Assembly (NCBI GenBank): GCA_029262815.1 | Contig: JAJCYS010000042.1 | Coordinates: 13,156-77,155 of the forward strand | Length of the DNA: 64,000 nt | Origin: Deltaproteobacteria bacterium | Lineage (GTDB): Bacteria; Bdellovibrionota; JAJCYS01 | Reading direction: 5' to 3' | Shown here: positions 54,444-63,953 of the stretch, in pieces | Layout: each line of letters opens with the position of its first letter | Numbering within the stretch: the first letter of the stretch is position 1 | Notes under the pieces: generated by a model | What the model saw: the letters and a program-made list of their open reading frames with translations, nothing else | Databases searched by the model: none | What the model was told of the DNA's origin: nothing | Translations under genes and position numbers: made by a program

Positions 54444-55403
54444 TTACCTTTGGGATGTAGTATACCCCTGAAAAAGTTCAAACAAGGTATCTAAGGGTTC
54501 CCAATGTTCGCTGGGGACTTTCTGCTGCCATGGGATTTGGGATAGGGTTTGTAGAGCTACTTCAAAATAGTCTTTATAGTCAGGCCGTACGTCATTTGAA
54601 AGACGGAGAAAATTTCCTAATATTTTACAGAGCCTGAGAGCTACATTGAGCCAAATATCTGGTGAACTGAGAGTCTTATGGTGGGTGCAGAATAAATGGA
54701 CAAGTGATTGTGCGGTGTCTGGTGAGGCCTGAAAAAAACCTCTGTCCGCAATGAGTGAGGCGATGTCGTAGCTCTCAGGTCCCAATCGTGGGTCATGGTA
54801 ATCAATGACCCGAACCTGATTTTCATAAGTCATAATGTTTTCCCAATGGAAGTCATGATGTGTAAAAACTTGCGGTAAGGCATGGAAGTGAGTGATGAGT
54901 GTGCCTATCCAATTTTGGACAATTTCAAACCCAGATTTATGAGGGAGAAAAGTAAAAAAATCATTTAATTCGGATGAATTAGAGCCTTCTTCATAAATAG
55001 AAGTAATACTCAAGGCTTGGTCAGTGGATATCTTTTGGATATTCAAGATTTGACTGCAAATTTCGGTGAAGTGGTGTGCAATTGAAGGGCTGCAGTTTTT
55101 TAAATGTGTGGTACCCAGATCCTCAAATAAGATGTGTGAATTGTGGTGGGCTAATATATGAGGAATAGCCACACCGGCTTTTTGATATAAAGCATGAAGG
55201 GTAAGTAAATGGGCCAGAGTTTCTTCTGCGCCTATTTTACAAAGAAGAGCGGTTTGGCCTTGAGGCGTGTGTAAACGATAGTATCTTCTTGAAGAGGCAT
55301 CGGGTTGCAAGGGCGTAATACGGAAAGACTTCTCAAAACCAGGAACGGTTTTAATCCAGCGAGTTTCATGGTTGGATAAGTAATGCGTACCCATAATTGA
55401 CAA
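54444..55403 (-). CDS. AmgK-like anomeric MurNAc/GlcNAc kinase (APH-fold phosphotransferase)
   Basis: 319 aa. N-terminal DASSRRYYRL motif, EDLG and HHDFHWENIM (Brenner-type catalytic motif). Co-located with nagZ. Confidence 0.5.
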   Translation of the reverse strand: MSIMGTHYLSNHETRWIKTVPGFEKSFRITPLQPDASSRRYYRLHTPQGQTALLCKIGAEETLAHLLTLHALYQKAGVAIPHILAHHNSHILFEDLGTTHLKNCSPSIAHHFTEICSQILNIQKISTDQALSITSIYEEGSNSSELNDFFTFLPHKSGFEIVQNWIGTLITHFHALPQVFTHHDFHWENIMTYENQVRVIDYHDPRLGPESYDIASLIADRGFFQASPDTAQSLVHLFCTHHKTLSSPDIWLNVALRLCKILGNFLRLSNDVRPDYKDYFEVALQTLSQIPWQQKVPSEHWEPLDTLFELFQGYTTSQR

Positions 55404-55409
55404 AGTGGG

Positions 55410-56831
55410 ATGTCTTTTGAGACAATAAATTCAAGATATCAAATCTACCCGGACTGTTCTATGTCTTTTTTGAAACAAACATATCTAATCATCAGCCTAC
55501 TCGGAGTGGGACTTTTTGTCCAAGACGCCGTGGCTGCCCCTTTTGATTTGAAGTGGTACGCGTTGGATGAGGTTTCATCGGGTGTAGGTGCGGCTGGTGT
55601 GCCTTTGAGTGAATCGATTGTATACAAAAACCTGCCAGAAGAAATAGACTATGGAACTTTTTCGTATGCAGAATTGAGCAAACGCGCTGATATGCTTATT
55701 GCGTTGTCAAATGGCGAGCCGGTAGACAACGCCCGTCTTGCGTTTCAAGAAGAAGAGCTTTCAGGTTCGTTCAATTTAGATTCATATGTGGCTTCTAAGC
55801 AAACTCCACTGAATAATACTGGCGAAGTGTCTGGGCAACCGAACCTGTGTGACGGACTCTGGGTATCTCATGAAGTTGCGTTAACCTTAGCCTCATTACC
55901 TGCATTAGATGCAATGCCTCTAGAGCAGACTGAACAGCAATTCGGTGCATGTATCCGGACTTTGGATATTTCGCATGAGAATCGAACGGATTATATGTGG
56001 GGAAGATATCGACTCAGTGTCATTGGCAGGGCATTACAAGCACAGGTCTCGCTTGACCAGGTTGAACACTATTTCGAGAGTCGAACAACAGTCGTGTATA
56101 TTCCGCATTGGGAGTTGTTGTCGCCTGATGGGTTAGATGTATGGGTAGATGGACAGCCTGTTGCTTCAAAAATTATATCAAATCAAGCTTCAACAGGGGC
56201 TTGGGTCCTTTTAAACTTGTCGCCTGGACAGGTGTATCAAATCAGATTAGAAGCGCTGGGTTATGCCCCCCGAGAAATTTTTGTCGACCGAGTTAACACA
56301 AAGCATGCTCTGATTGTGATGGGAACAGAACCAGCCGTGACTGGAGCAATCTCTGATCATGAGCAGGTCAAGCTTGTGACTTTAAACCTAGAGCCTGTAG
56401 CGCCCAGCAATGTCTTTCATTATGATTTAGGTCAGAGTCGGTTCTTGCCGTTTGCGATGAGTACAATTAAGTTGAAAAACGTTGGAACCCCGTCTGTATT
56501 TGATGTCTTGTCTCGGCGGCCTTTTTTTTGGTATCGCGGACAGAAAGCACGCGCCTATCATTTGAAATCACATTTAGCGTTACTTGAAGAAGCTTATGCG
56601 GAGAAAGTATCAGATCGTGTCATGGTGGTTGTGAGATCCGATGAGGCACACGAACCGATCATTACTCGGTTCAGCTCTCAGGGGGGACGAATCCAAGTCG
56701 TGCCAACGGGAATATTTCGTGCACCTGGGGATATGAAGGCGTACGTGATTGAGCCAAAAGAGGGCGAATATTGGATAGATGACAAGATAGTGACTACCCT
56801 ATCGGGGTATGACGTTTTGATCACACCATAG
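55410..56831 (+). CDS. hypothetical secreted protein
   Basis: 473 aa. Probable internal start at MSFLKQTYLIISLLGVGLFVQDAVAAP (signal peptide). No family recognised. Confidence 0.45.
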   Translation: MSFETINSRYQIYPDCSMSFLKQTYLIISLLGVGLFVQDAVAAPFDLKWYALDEVSSGVGAAGVPLSESIVYKNLPEEIDYGTFSYAELSKRADMLIALSNGEPVDNARLAFQEEELSGSFNLDSYVASKQTPLNNTGEVSGQPNLCDGLWVSHEVALTLASLPALDAMPLEQTEQQFGACIRTLDISHENRTDYMWGRYRLSVIGRALQAQVSLDQVEHYFESRTTVVYIPHWELLSPDGLDVWVDGQPVASKIISNQASTGAWVLLNLSPGQVYQIRLEALGYAPREIFVDRVNTKHALIVMGTEPAVTGAISDHEQVKLVTLNLEPVAPSNVFHYDLGQSRFLPFAMSTIKLKNVGTPSVFDVLSRRPFFWYRGQKARAYHLKSHLALLEEAYAEKVSDRVMVVVRSDEAHEPIITRFSSQGGRIQVVPTGIFRAPGDMKAYVIEPKEGEYWIDDKIVTTLSGYDVLITP

Positions 56832-56866
56832 TGCTTCATAAGAATTAATGGCATAATAGATTACAC

Positions 56867-57247
56867 ATGGCTTCTCAAGGAAATTGGCTACTACTTGCCC
56901 GCTATGCTCTGAAGCATCGCTTATCTGTTTCTACCGTACGTCGGTATATCAAAAAAAATAAGGTAACCTATCGCTTTTTAGATCATAAATACTACATCAA
57001 AGATGAAGCAGTTGAGGGGGCACAGGGAATGACACCACAAGAAACTCGGAGCGAAGAAGGGGTAAAGCAGTTACTCGAATTTTGTAAACAGCTGATTCAT
57101 GAAAAAGAAAAAATGTACCAAGATCTTTTGAAAGATAAGATTAGAGAAATCGCCAGTCTGAAAGAACGATTATCTGAACAACGAATGCTCATCAATATTA
57201 TGGAAGAAAAACTCCATCAAGGCCAAAGACCTAGCGGAGCCATCTAG
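56867..57247 (+). CDS. small DNA-binding protein with excisionase/MerR-type HTH and C-terminal coiled coil
   Basis: 126 aa. LLLARYALKHRLSVSTVRRYIKKNKVTYRFLDHKYYI resembles the excisionase-family HTH. The C-terminal half is a heptad-rich helix. Confidence 0.4.
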   Translation: MASQGNWLLLARYALKHRLSVSTVRRYIKKNKVTYRFLDHKYYIKDEAVEGAQGMTPQETRSEEGVKQLLEFCKQLIHEKEKMYQDLLKDKIREIASLKERLSEQRMLINIMEEKLHQGQRPSGAI

Positions 57248-57323
57248 AGTTTGTGGATCCCCGCTCCCTCGCTTACGTTCGTGTCGGGGATGACAAATAA
57301 ACAGGTGAAGCGGGAAAAAATAT

Positions 57324-58043
57324 TTATTTGGCTAAAGCGTACCAAGCAGTTTGGTAAATCAGGAATGTTTCTTCAGCGGTAAATGATGTCGCAAGATGAG
57401 GCGAAGAAGACTGACATGCTCCTTGACTTAGCAATTCAACAAAAGATTCTGAAAGTAAATTAGATAAGGAATGCATGTGGTGTTTCAATGCTTTTGAGTC
57501 AGACTCAAGGTAGAGCAGACAGGCCAATTGCCACGCTTTAGAATAGGCTTTCTGGGTTAAAGCATAGGCCAATGCCTTTTTTTTCTGTTGGACGGTCAAA
57601 GTTTTTTTGAGGAGTTGTTCGGCAGAGATTGTTTTTCGTGTCAAATCTGAGAGAGCTAATCGTTCCTTGAGATTATCACGCGCGGATTTGATAGCACGAT
57701 CGAAGGTCATTGATTTTGCTAAGGCACCTACATAACGGATAGGGGCCCAGCCTTTTTGATTAGGTGCAAAAGGGTCTTGAATATAGACCCAAACCTCATC
57801 TCCAATGTGCTTTTTTTCTAAAGTTGTGACCGTTTGCCCAAAAAAGAAAGTAGAGCCGAGTTGAGTAGATGTGGGATTAAGCCGTGTCTTCAATTTTGAT
57901 GCAAGCACTAACCTAAAATCCGATGACTTAACGGGCAAAGCAGTGCCTTCTACACTAGATGCAAAGAGTGCAAAAAAAAGTATAAACAGGGTGTTATTGA
58001 GATATTTCCGGTTGCGGCACTGTTTCATGGTCATTGTCATCAA
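57324..58043 (-). CDS. hypothetical secreted protein
   Basis: 239 aa. Signal peptide LFILFFALFASSVEG. No confident domain. The ORF track overlaps the divIVA 3' end. Confidence 0.4.
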   Translation of the reverse strand: MMTMTMKQCRNRKYLNNTLFILFFALFASSVEGTALPVKSSDFRLVLASKLKTRLNPTSTQLGSTFFFGQTVTTLEKKHIGDEVWVYIQDPFAPNQKGWAPIRYVGALAKSMTFDRAIKSARDNLKERLALSDLTRKTISAEQLLKKTLTVQQKKKALAYALTQKAYSKAWQLACLLYLESDSKALKHHMHSLSNLLSESFVELLSQGACQSSSPHLATSFTAEETFLIYQTAWYALAK

Positions 58044-58494
58044 TCAGGGATAAGGAGTCTTGTTCAACAGACTCAGCTCTTAATAGAGCAAGATGCCGAT
58101 CACAGATCGACTTGAGATCATTCAATATGATTTGCTTTTGTTTTTGTAAGCGAACCAAATCTTGTTCTAAAAGCCCCTTTTTGTCATGTGCTTTCTCAAT
58201 AATTTGAGTTGCCTCATGTTTAGCAGCTTCAACGATTTGATTTTTTCGCTCTTGTGCCTCTTGATCCATTTTGTGCGAATAGTTGTTCACCATTTGCATA
58301 GTTTCTTTTAAGGCACGTTCTTTTTCCTCAAAACTCTTCAAGGTGATATTAGAATTGGAAAGATCACGTTCAAGTTCAGAAGCCTTTTCGTTAGCGACTT
58401 CGAGTTCTTGGTTCAGTTCTTGAATATGTTCATGGACATCTTGGGGGTGTAACCCACCAAATGCTTTTTTTCTAAAGTATGTACTTTCTCCCAT
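57994..58494 (-). CDS. divIVA: DivIVA-domain protein
   Basis: 166 aa. N-terminal FRKKAFGGLHPQDVHEHIQELNQELE matches the DivIVA lipid-binding/coiled-coil N-domain. The rest is coiled coil. Confidence 0.65.
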   Translation of the reverse strand: MGESTYFRKKAFGGLHPQDVHEHIQELNQELEVANEKASELERDLSNSNITLKSFEEKERALKETMQMVNNYSHKMDQEAQERKNQIVEAAKHEATQIIEKAHDKKGLLEQDLVRLQKQKQIILNDLKSICDRHLALLRAESVEQDSLSLIDDNDHETVPQPEISQ

Positions 58495-58540
58495 AATACT
58501 TTATATTTTACCTTATTTTTGTAGATATGAGGAACTAATC

Positions 58541-59224
58541 CTATGTTTTATCTCTGGGCCCAAAAATTGTGGTCCCCAGTCGAACATGGGTAGCGCCAAG
58601 CTCAATAGCAATTTTGGCGTCTTGACTCATGCCAAGGCTAAAGATTTTGAATTGTGGGTGAGCCTGTTGAATGCCTCGGAATAAAATCATGGTTTCTCTG
58701 AAGGTGTGGGTGGTTGCTTCGGACCAGAGATCTTTAGAAGAAAAGAGAATAGGATTTGGGCCGATGACCATACCACCTACTATAGGCAGGGTATGGAATT
58801 GTTCAAGGAGGGTTTGAAGCGTGTTGGATGCTAATCCCTGTTGATTGGGATCCTGGGTAGCATTAACTTGCAAAAGCATGTTGGGGATGGGTGCTCCAGA
58901 AGTTTGATAGGCAAGAAACTTATCGAGGTGGCTCTGTTTTCCAACACTGTGAACCAGTTCGATATCTGACCGGCAGAGATGTTTGATTTTGTTGGATTGA
59001 ATGGGGCCGACAAAGTGGATAAATACATCAGACTTATCTTTGAAAAATGTTAGGGTTCGCTCAAGACCGTCAAAGTAACTTTCGCCGAAATGGCGGTATC
59101 CTGCATCATAGGATTGTGCCAATTTCGAATTTGGTTGTTTTTTGGAAATGGCCACAATAGTTACACGTTTAGCAGCTGTTTTTGGGTCACATAATTGTTT
59201 AATCAAGGTGGTGTAGTTGGTCAT
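58541..59224 (-). CDS. yggS: YggS-family PLP homeostasis protein
   Basis: 227 aa. TIM-barrel family with PLP-lysine context (VAISKKQP). Confidence 0.8.
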   Translation of the reverse strand: MTNYTTLIKQLCDPKTAAKRVTIVAISKKQPNSKLAQSYDAGYRHFGESYFDGLERTLTFFKDKSDVFIHFVGPIQSNKIKHLCRSDIELVHSVGKQSHLDKFLAYQTSGAPIPNMLLQVNATQDPNQQGLASNTLQTLLEQFHTLPIVGGMVIGPNPILFSSKDLWSEATTHTFRETMILFRGIQQAHPQFKIFSLGMSQDAKIAIELGATHVRLGTTIFGPRDKT

Positions 59225-59874
59225 AAGATTCTCTTTGCCTCTAAATCATCTATAAGTGCAGATATAGGTAGTCCAATAATATTTTCCAAGTCAAAGTGGG
59301 TTTTTGGAGGCATGACCCACCGATTGGCCAAAAAAACCTCAACATGGATCGCCCCAGCCATATGCCTAACTGTACTGTAGTGATTATCCAGATAGCGGAT
59401 TATATCTGATTGGCTGTTTGGGCAAAATTGCAACCGGCTCGTATGGTGATACATAAAGGTGTGGAGAAGTGTTTGATTCTCATAGAGCCCGCCTTTACAG
59501 CAAGTGGTGATCAGAGGCGGTGTTTTTATGTATGATTCAAACCACTTGTGAGTTTGTGCTAAAGATAAAGGTTTAAAACGAGCATGTCCATGATCATAGA
59601 CGACTGTATCGCAAACCACCCCTATAAACCGATTCCATAGAGTAGTATCAAATCTTTTCCACATTTGAAGAGAAGGAACAACGGCTTGCCACTTTAAGTC
59701 AATATTTTCGATATGTTGGGGATGGGGGATTATGGAAGAGCTAACATCCCACGGTTCCTCATCGTAAGTCAAGTATTTTTTGGACAAAAGGGTTATCATA
59801 GGCCTCGTAAGTAAGCATAAGGCTTGGCGTGCAACACTGCTTGAACAAAGTATGATCCTAGGGGGATTAGCCAT
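59221..59874 (-). CDS. Maf-like nucleoside triphosphate pyrophosphatase (tentative)
   Basis: 217 aa. N-terminal IILCSSSVARQAL resembles Maf ILASSSPRR. The later DTVV...KP segment also resembles Maf. The match is weak. Confidence 0.4.
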   Translation of the reverse strand: MANPPRIILCSSSVARQALCLLTRPMITLLSKKYLTYDEEPWDVSSSIIPHPQHIENIDLKWQAVVPSLQMWKRFDTTLWNRFIGVVCDTVVYDHGHARFKPLSLAQTHKWFESYIKTPPLITTCCKGGLYENQTLLHTFMYHHTSRLQFCPNSQSDIIRYLDNHYSTVRHMAGAIHVEVFLANRWVMPPKTHFDLENIIGLPISALIDDLEAKRIL

Positions 59875-59970
59875 AAATATATATTGTTTTATAGTTAAAA
59901 TTAATTAGTTGACTTTTTGCTTAATTATTGATACAAATAATAACACGGATGAACGTAATGGAGGGAAATC

Positions 59971-60462
59971 ATGGCGAATTTTAAAGTAGGTGATAATGCT
60001 GTGTACCCATCCCATGGAGTGGGGCGCATTGCCAGTATTGAACATCGTGAAATCGATGGACAAACTAAATCTTTTTATATCCTGCAAATGTTAGAAACGG
60101 GTATGAAAGTCATGGTTCCGATGGATAAGGTAGAATCTGTTGGGTTAAGGCAAATTATTTCCAAAAAAGCGGTTTCAAAGGTTCTTGATATATTAAAAGG
60201 CAGAGATAAGAAAATTGACAACCAAACATGGAATCGTCGATATCGTCAATATATGGAAAAAATTCGCACCGGATCTCCTTTTGAGATAGCGAGTGTGTTA
60301 CGGGACCTGTACCTCTTAAAATCAGACAAAGATTTGAGCTTTGGAGAGCGTAAAATGTTGGATACGGCCAAAAGCTTTTTGGTCAAAGAAATCTCTATCG
60401 CTAAAGAGATTGACGAAGGCGAGGTCGAAAAACAAATCACCAATATTTTTGGTACTTGCTAG
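59971..60462 (+). CDS. cdnL: CarD/CdnL-family RNA polymerase-binding transcription factor
   Basis: 163 aa. N-terminal FKVGDNAVYPSHGVGRI matches the CarD_CdnL_TRCF RNAP-interacting domain. Confidence 0.7.
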   Translation: MANFKVGDNAVYPSHGVGRIASIEHREIDGQTKSFYILQMLETGMKVMVPMDKVESVGLRQIISKKAVSKVLDILKGRDKKIDNQTWNRRYRQYMEKIRTGSPFEIASVLRDLYLLKSDKDLSFGERKMLDTAKSFLVKEISIAKEIDEGEVEKQITNIFGTC

Positions 60463-60474
60463 GACGCGTCCTAG
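60459..60474. terminator. 16-bp perfect palindrome CTAGGACGCGTCCTAG overlapping cdnL stop codon (hairpin or protein-binding site)
   Basis: Perfect inverted repeat. No U-tract follows, so an intrinsic terminator is not certain. Confidence 0.25.
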
Positions 60475-60614
60475 AACTAGGCCCAGATTCAAAAATAGCT
60501 TCTATTCGATTCAGTTGCAGTTTGCCAACTCATAGTATTCGGCTGGAAATACTCTCAATTAAGGCCGGTAAAGGAACTTTCAATTTATAGGCTGAGCTGG
60601 TAAAGTTAGCGTCT

Positions 60615-62063
60615 ATGCGAGTACGATTTGCGCCAAGTCCAACGGGGGATTTGCATCTAGGGGGAGCCCGAACGGCTCTCATGAATTATGCATTCACCAA
60701 AGCCCATTCAAATGGAAAATTTATTTTACGAATTGAGGACACGGATCAAGAACGGTCTTCAAGAGCTTCTGAAGAGGCTATTTCAAAAGCGTTAAAAGCG
60801 TGTGGAATTCTATGGGATGAGGGGCCAGATTGTGGTGGAGCATTAGGTCCTTATCGCCAGAGTGAACGTTTAGATATCTACAAAAATCACATTGATACTT
60901 TATTGGAAAATCGAAAGGCCTATCGGTGTTTTTTTACGGATGATGAATTAGCTCAGATGAAAGAAACCTCTGGACAAAAAATATTTCGGTTGCCAGATAC
61001 GTATCGATCATTAACCCAGGACGCAGCGCAAAATCTCGTTGATCAGGGAAAGCCGTACACGATTCGACTAGATGTATCACAGTGTGCGTCCGAGTATACA
61101 TTTAAGGACATGCTAAAGGATAGTGTTGTGCTGCCATCTCTGATGGTTGATGACTTCGTTATTTATCGTAGTAATGGATTTCCGACGTATAACTTTGCAG
61201 CTGCAGTGGATGATCACTTAATGGAGATGACGCATGTCATCCGTGGAGAAGAGCATCTCTCAAATACTTTGCGCCAACTTATGGTTTATGATGCGTTTGA
61301 TTGGGTGCCTCCAACCTTTTTGCATATGCCTTTGATTATGGGGAGAGATGCAGAGGGGAATCCATCAAAACTAAGCAAACGGCATGGTGACGTTTCTGTT
61401 TTGACTTTTTTGGAAAAAGGCGTACTTCCTGAGGCTTTTACCAACTATCTGTTGACTCTGGGATATACATATCCCAACAACGTAGAAATGTACTCACTTG
61501 ATGAGTTAATCTCAGGGTTTGATTTGCAGTATTTTTCGAAGAGCGCAGCGTTTTGGGATATCAAAAAATTATATTGGTACAACACAGAGTATCTCAAACA
61601 GATGTCAGACGATGATTTTTTTGATCTGGCTAAAAAATACCTGACACCAGAGACGGTTCCTGAGAATTTCTACAACGCACTTGAAACATTCAAAGCATGC
61701 ATTGTGTACTATAAGGCGCACATTGAACTCTTGAGCGAGTTGCCAGAACACCTTGCGTTGTTTTTTGATCCCGCTCAAGAATTATCGAATGAATCCAAAA
61801 CTTATTTATCTGATGCCGAAAACGCCGAAGCCTTTTGGCGTGTACAGGATGCTCTCTTGGAGCTCATCCGACCAGACTGTGTATTTAGCGAGGTGTTGAA
61901 TCAAGTCAAAGAAAAAACGGGACTGAAAGGGAAACGTTTATTTATGTCAATACGCGTGGCATTAACGAATGCTTCTAGCGGACCTGAGTTGAGTGAAATT
62001 GTGGATCGTGTGCCTACTGATTGGTTATTGACACGGCTTCGTGCGTTTAACAGGGAAAGCTGA
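60615..62063 (+). CDS. gltX: glutamate--tRNA ligase
   Basis: 482 aa. HIGH-type motif (PSPTGDLHLGGART) and KLSKR. Confidence 0.9.
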   Translation: MRVRFAPSPTGDLHLGGARTALMNYAFTKAHSNGKFILRIEDTDQERSSRASEEAISKALKACGILWDEGPDCGGALGPYRQSERLDIYKNHIDTLLENRKAYRCFFTDDELAQMKETSGQKIFRLPDTYRSLTQDAAQNLVDQGKPYTIRLDVSQCASEYTFKDMLKDSVVLPSLMVDDFVIYRSNGFPTYNFAAAVDDHLMEMTHVIRGEEHLSNTLRQLMVYDAFDWVPPTFLHMPLIMGRDAEGNPSKLSKRHGDVSVLTFLEKGVLPEAFTNYLLTLGYTYPNNVEMYSLDELISGFDLQYFSKSAAFWDIKKLYWYNTEYLKQMSDDDFFDLAKKYLTPETVPENFYNALETFKACIVYYKAHIELLSELPEHLALFFDPAQELSNESKTYLSDAENAEAFWRVQDALLELIRPDCVFSEVLNQVKEKTGLKGKRLFMSIRVALTNASSGPELSEIVDRVPTDWLLTRLRAFNRES

Positions 62064-62068
62064 AAAGC

Positions 62069-63502
62069 ATGGATTTTCAAATTTACGATACTTTAAGTCG
62101 GACACGCGTGGTTCTTTCAACTGAGACGTATCGTGTTGATCCTTTGAATATCTACGTATGCGGTCCCACAGTTTACAATTTGATCCATATTGGAAATGCA
62201 CGGACGTTTTTTTTCTTTGATTGCTTTGTGCGATTTTGTCGGGCTGTGGATATGCAGGTCAACTATGTTCGAAATATTACGGACATTGATGACAAGATCA
62301 TCAAAAAAGCTTCTGAAGAAAATGGTGATTGCCAGAAAGTCAGTGAAACGTATTTGCAGGCTTTTGAAGATGATATGGCTCATCTGAGTGAATTTATGCC
62401 TGACATTTCGCCTAAGGCAACAAACCATATTTCTCAAATGATCTCGTTGATATCTACTTTGATTGATCGAGGGATTGCTTATTCTCTTCGTGATGGGGTG
62501 TATTACGACATCAGTAAATTCCCCGATTATGGAAAGTTGAGTCGAAAAAAACAAGAAGATTTACTTTCTGGTGTTCGAATCGATTTGAATGATCAAAAAC
62601 GAAATCCTGGTGATTTTGTGTTATGGAAATTTGAAAAACCTGGAGAGCCTGCATGGGAAGCTGATTTTGGGAATGGTCGTCCCGGTTGGCACATCGAGTG
62701 CTCAGTAATGGCTGACCTACATGCTGAAGGAGATCTGCATATACATGGGGGAGGTGTGGATTTGATTCACCCGCATCATGAAAATGAGATTGCGCAATCT
62801 GAGGTCGTTAAATCACCTTTTTCACGTTATTGGATGCATGTCGCTTTTTTGAATATTGGCAAAGAGAAAATGTCCAAGTCGAAGGCCAATTTTATTTTGC
62901 TGCGAACATTGCTTGAGTGGTTTCATCCCGAAGTCATTCGGTTTATGCTGCTTTCTGGCCATTACCGAAGTCCACTCAGTTTCAATCAGCAGATTCTGAT
63001 TGAAAAACATCATGCGCTATGTCGGTTTTACACCTATAAAAAACAAGTCCAGTCCTTTGTCGATCAATCTGGAGGATTGGTCAATATTCCGGCAGATCAA
63101 AATTCATTGCTCCAGATTCTCGCTGAAGATATGAACACACCTAAAGTGATAGGGGGCATATTTGATACACTCAAGCGAGCTGCGAAAGAAGTGGCATCAA
63201 ATAAAGCAAATGAAGCAACGCTAAAACAACTATCGGCGGTTTATGCTGTATCAAAAGTATTGGGTCTATTTGGTTCAATGCCACAAGATTTTTTTGACGC
63301 ATCTGAGCAGAAGATGTTGTCGAAACTTAAAGTATCTAAGGTGTTTATTGAGGGGAAAATTCTTGAACGTTTAAAAGCAAGGCAATCAAAGGATTATAAA
63401 ACATCTGACATGATAAGGGATGAATTGCAAAGCCACGGTGTTGTAATTCAAGATTTAGAAAATGAGCAAGTTAGCTGGTGCCTTTCCCCTCAACTGGATT
63501 GA
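62069..63502 (+). CDS. cysS: cysteine--tRNA ligase
   Basis: 477 aa. CGPTVYNLIHIGNAR and KMSKS motifs. Confidence 0.9.
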   Translation: MDFQIYDTLSRTRVVLSTETYRVDPLNIYVCGPTVYNLIHIGNARTFFFFDCFVRFCRAVDMQVNYVRNITDIDDKIIKKASEENGDCQKVSETYLQAFEDDMAHLSEFMPDISPKATNHISQMISLISTLIDRGIAYSLRDGVYYDISKFPDYGKLSRKKQEDLLSGVRIDLNDQKRNPGDFVLWKFEKPGEPAWEADFGNGRPGWHIECSVMADLHAEGDLHIHGGGVDLIHPHHENEIAQSEVVKSPFSRYWMHVAFLNIGKEKMSKSKANFILLRTLLEWFHPEVIRFMLLSGHYRSPLSFNQQILIEKHHALCRFYTYKKQVQSFVDQSGGLVNIPADQNSLLQILAEDMNTPKVIGGIFDTLKRAAKEVASNKANEATLKQLSAVYAVSKVLGLFGSMPQDFFDASEQKMLSKLKVSKVFIEGKILERLKARQSKDYKTSDMIRDELQSHGVVIQDLENEQVSWCLSPQLD

Positions 63503-63953
63503 TCAACTAGAGCGTTCTGCGTTAGTTGCGCAAGATTCTGGCGATATTCCCATTTCGGCAGTTTGCATCGACACATTAACAGGTGGGTATGCAGTTTGTT
63601 CAAACAGAGTAGAAAAAATAAGTTCCAGTTTAGCCCATGCAGAATGTCTTGCTCTTAGTGAAATGCAAAATAAATTGGGAACACGATTTCTAACCGATTG
63701 TATTTTGGTTTCGACGTTGGAGCCGTGTACGATGTGTATGGGAGCGGCTGCTCAAGCTCGTGTGGCTGGTGTCTTATATTTTTTGAGTGATGAAAAAGGG
63801 GGGTATTTTTCTCATCACCGGATTCTTGTTTCTGACAAAGTACCTATGCGTCACATGTTGGGGACGCATACCTGTTGGGTTCGAAAGGTTGTTGGGATCG
63901 AAGAACGATTTTTAAACTTATTACAGGTTTTCTTTCAATCCCTAAGAGAATAA
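63462..63953 (+). CDS. tadA: tRNA adenosine(34) deaminase
   Basis: 163 aa. CMP/dCMP deaminase zinc motifs HAECLAL and PCTMCMGA. Confidence 0.8.
   Translation: MSKLAGAFPLNWIDQLERSALVAQDSGDIPISAVCIDTLTGGYAVCSNRVEKISSSLAHAECLALSEMQNKLGTRFLTDCILVSTLEPCTMCMGAAAQARVAGVLYFLSDEKGGYFSHHRILVSDKVPMRHMLGTHTCWVRKVVGIEERFLNLLQVFFQSLRE

Noticed and set aside
56867-57247. Excisionase-like HTH as evidence of an integrated mobile element
   Set aside because: No integrase, transposase, repeats or tRNA attachment site in the flanks. Composition matches the neighbourhood. More plausibly a stand-alone small regulator.
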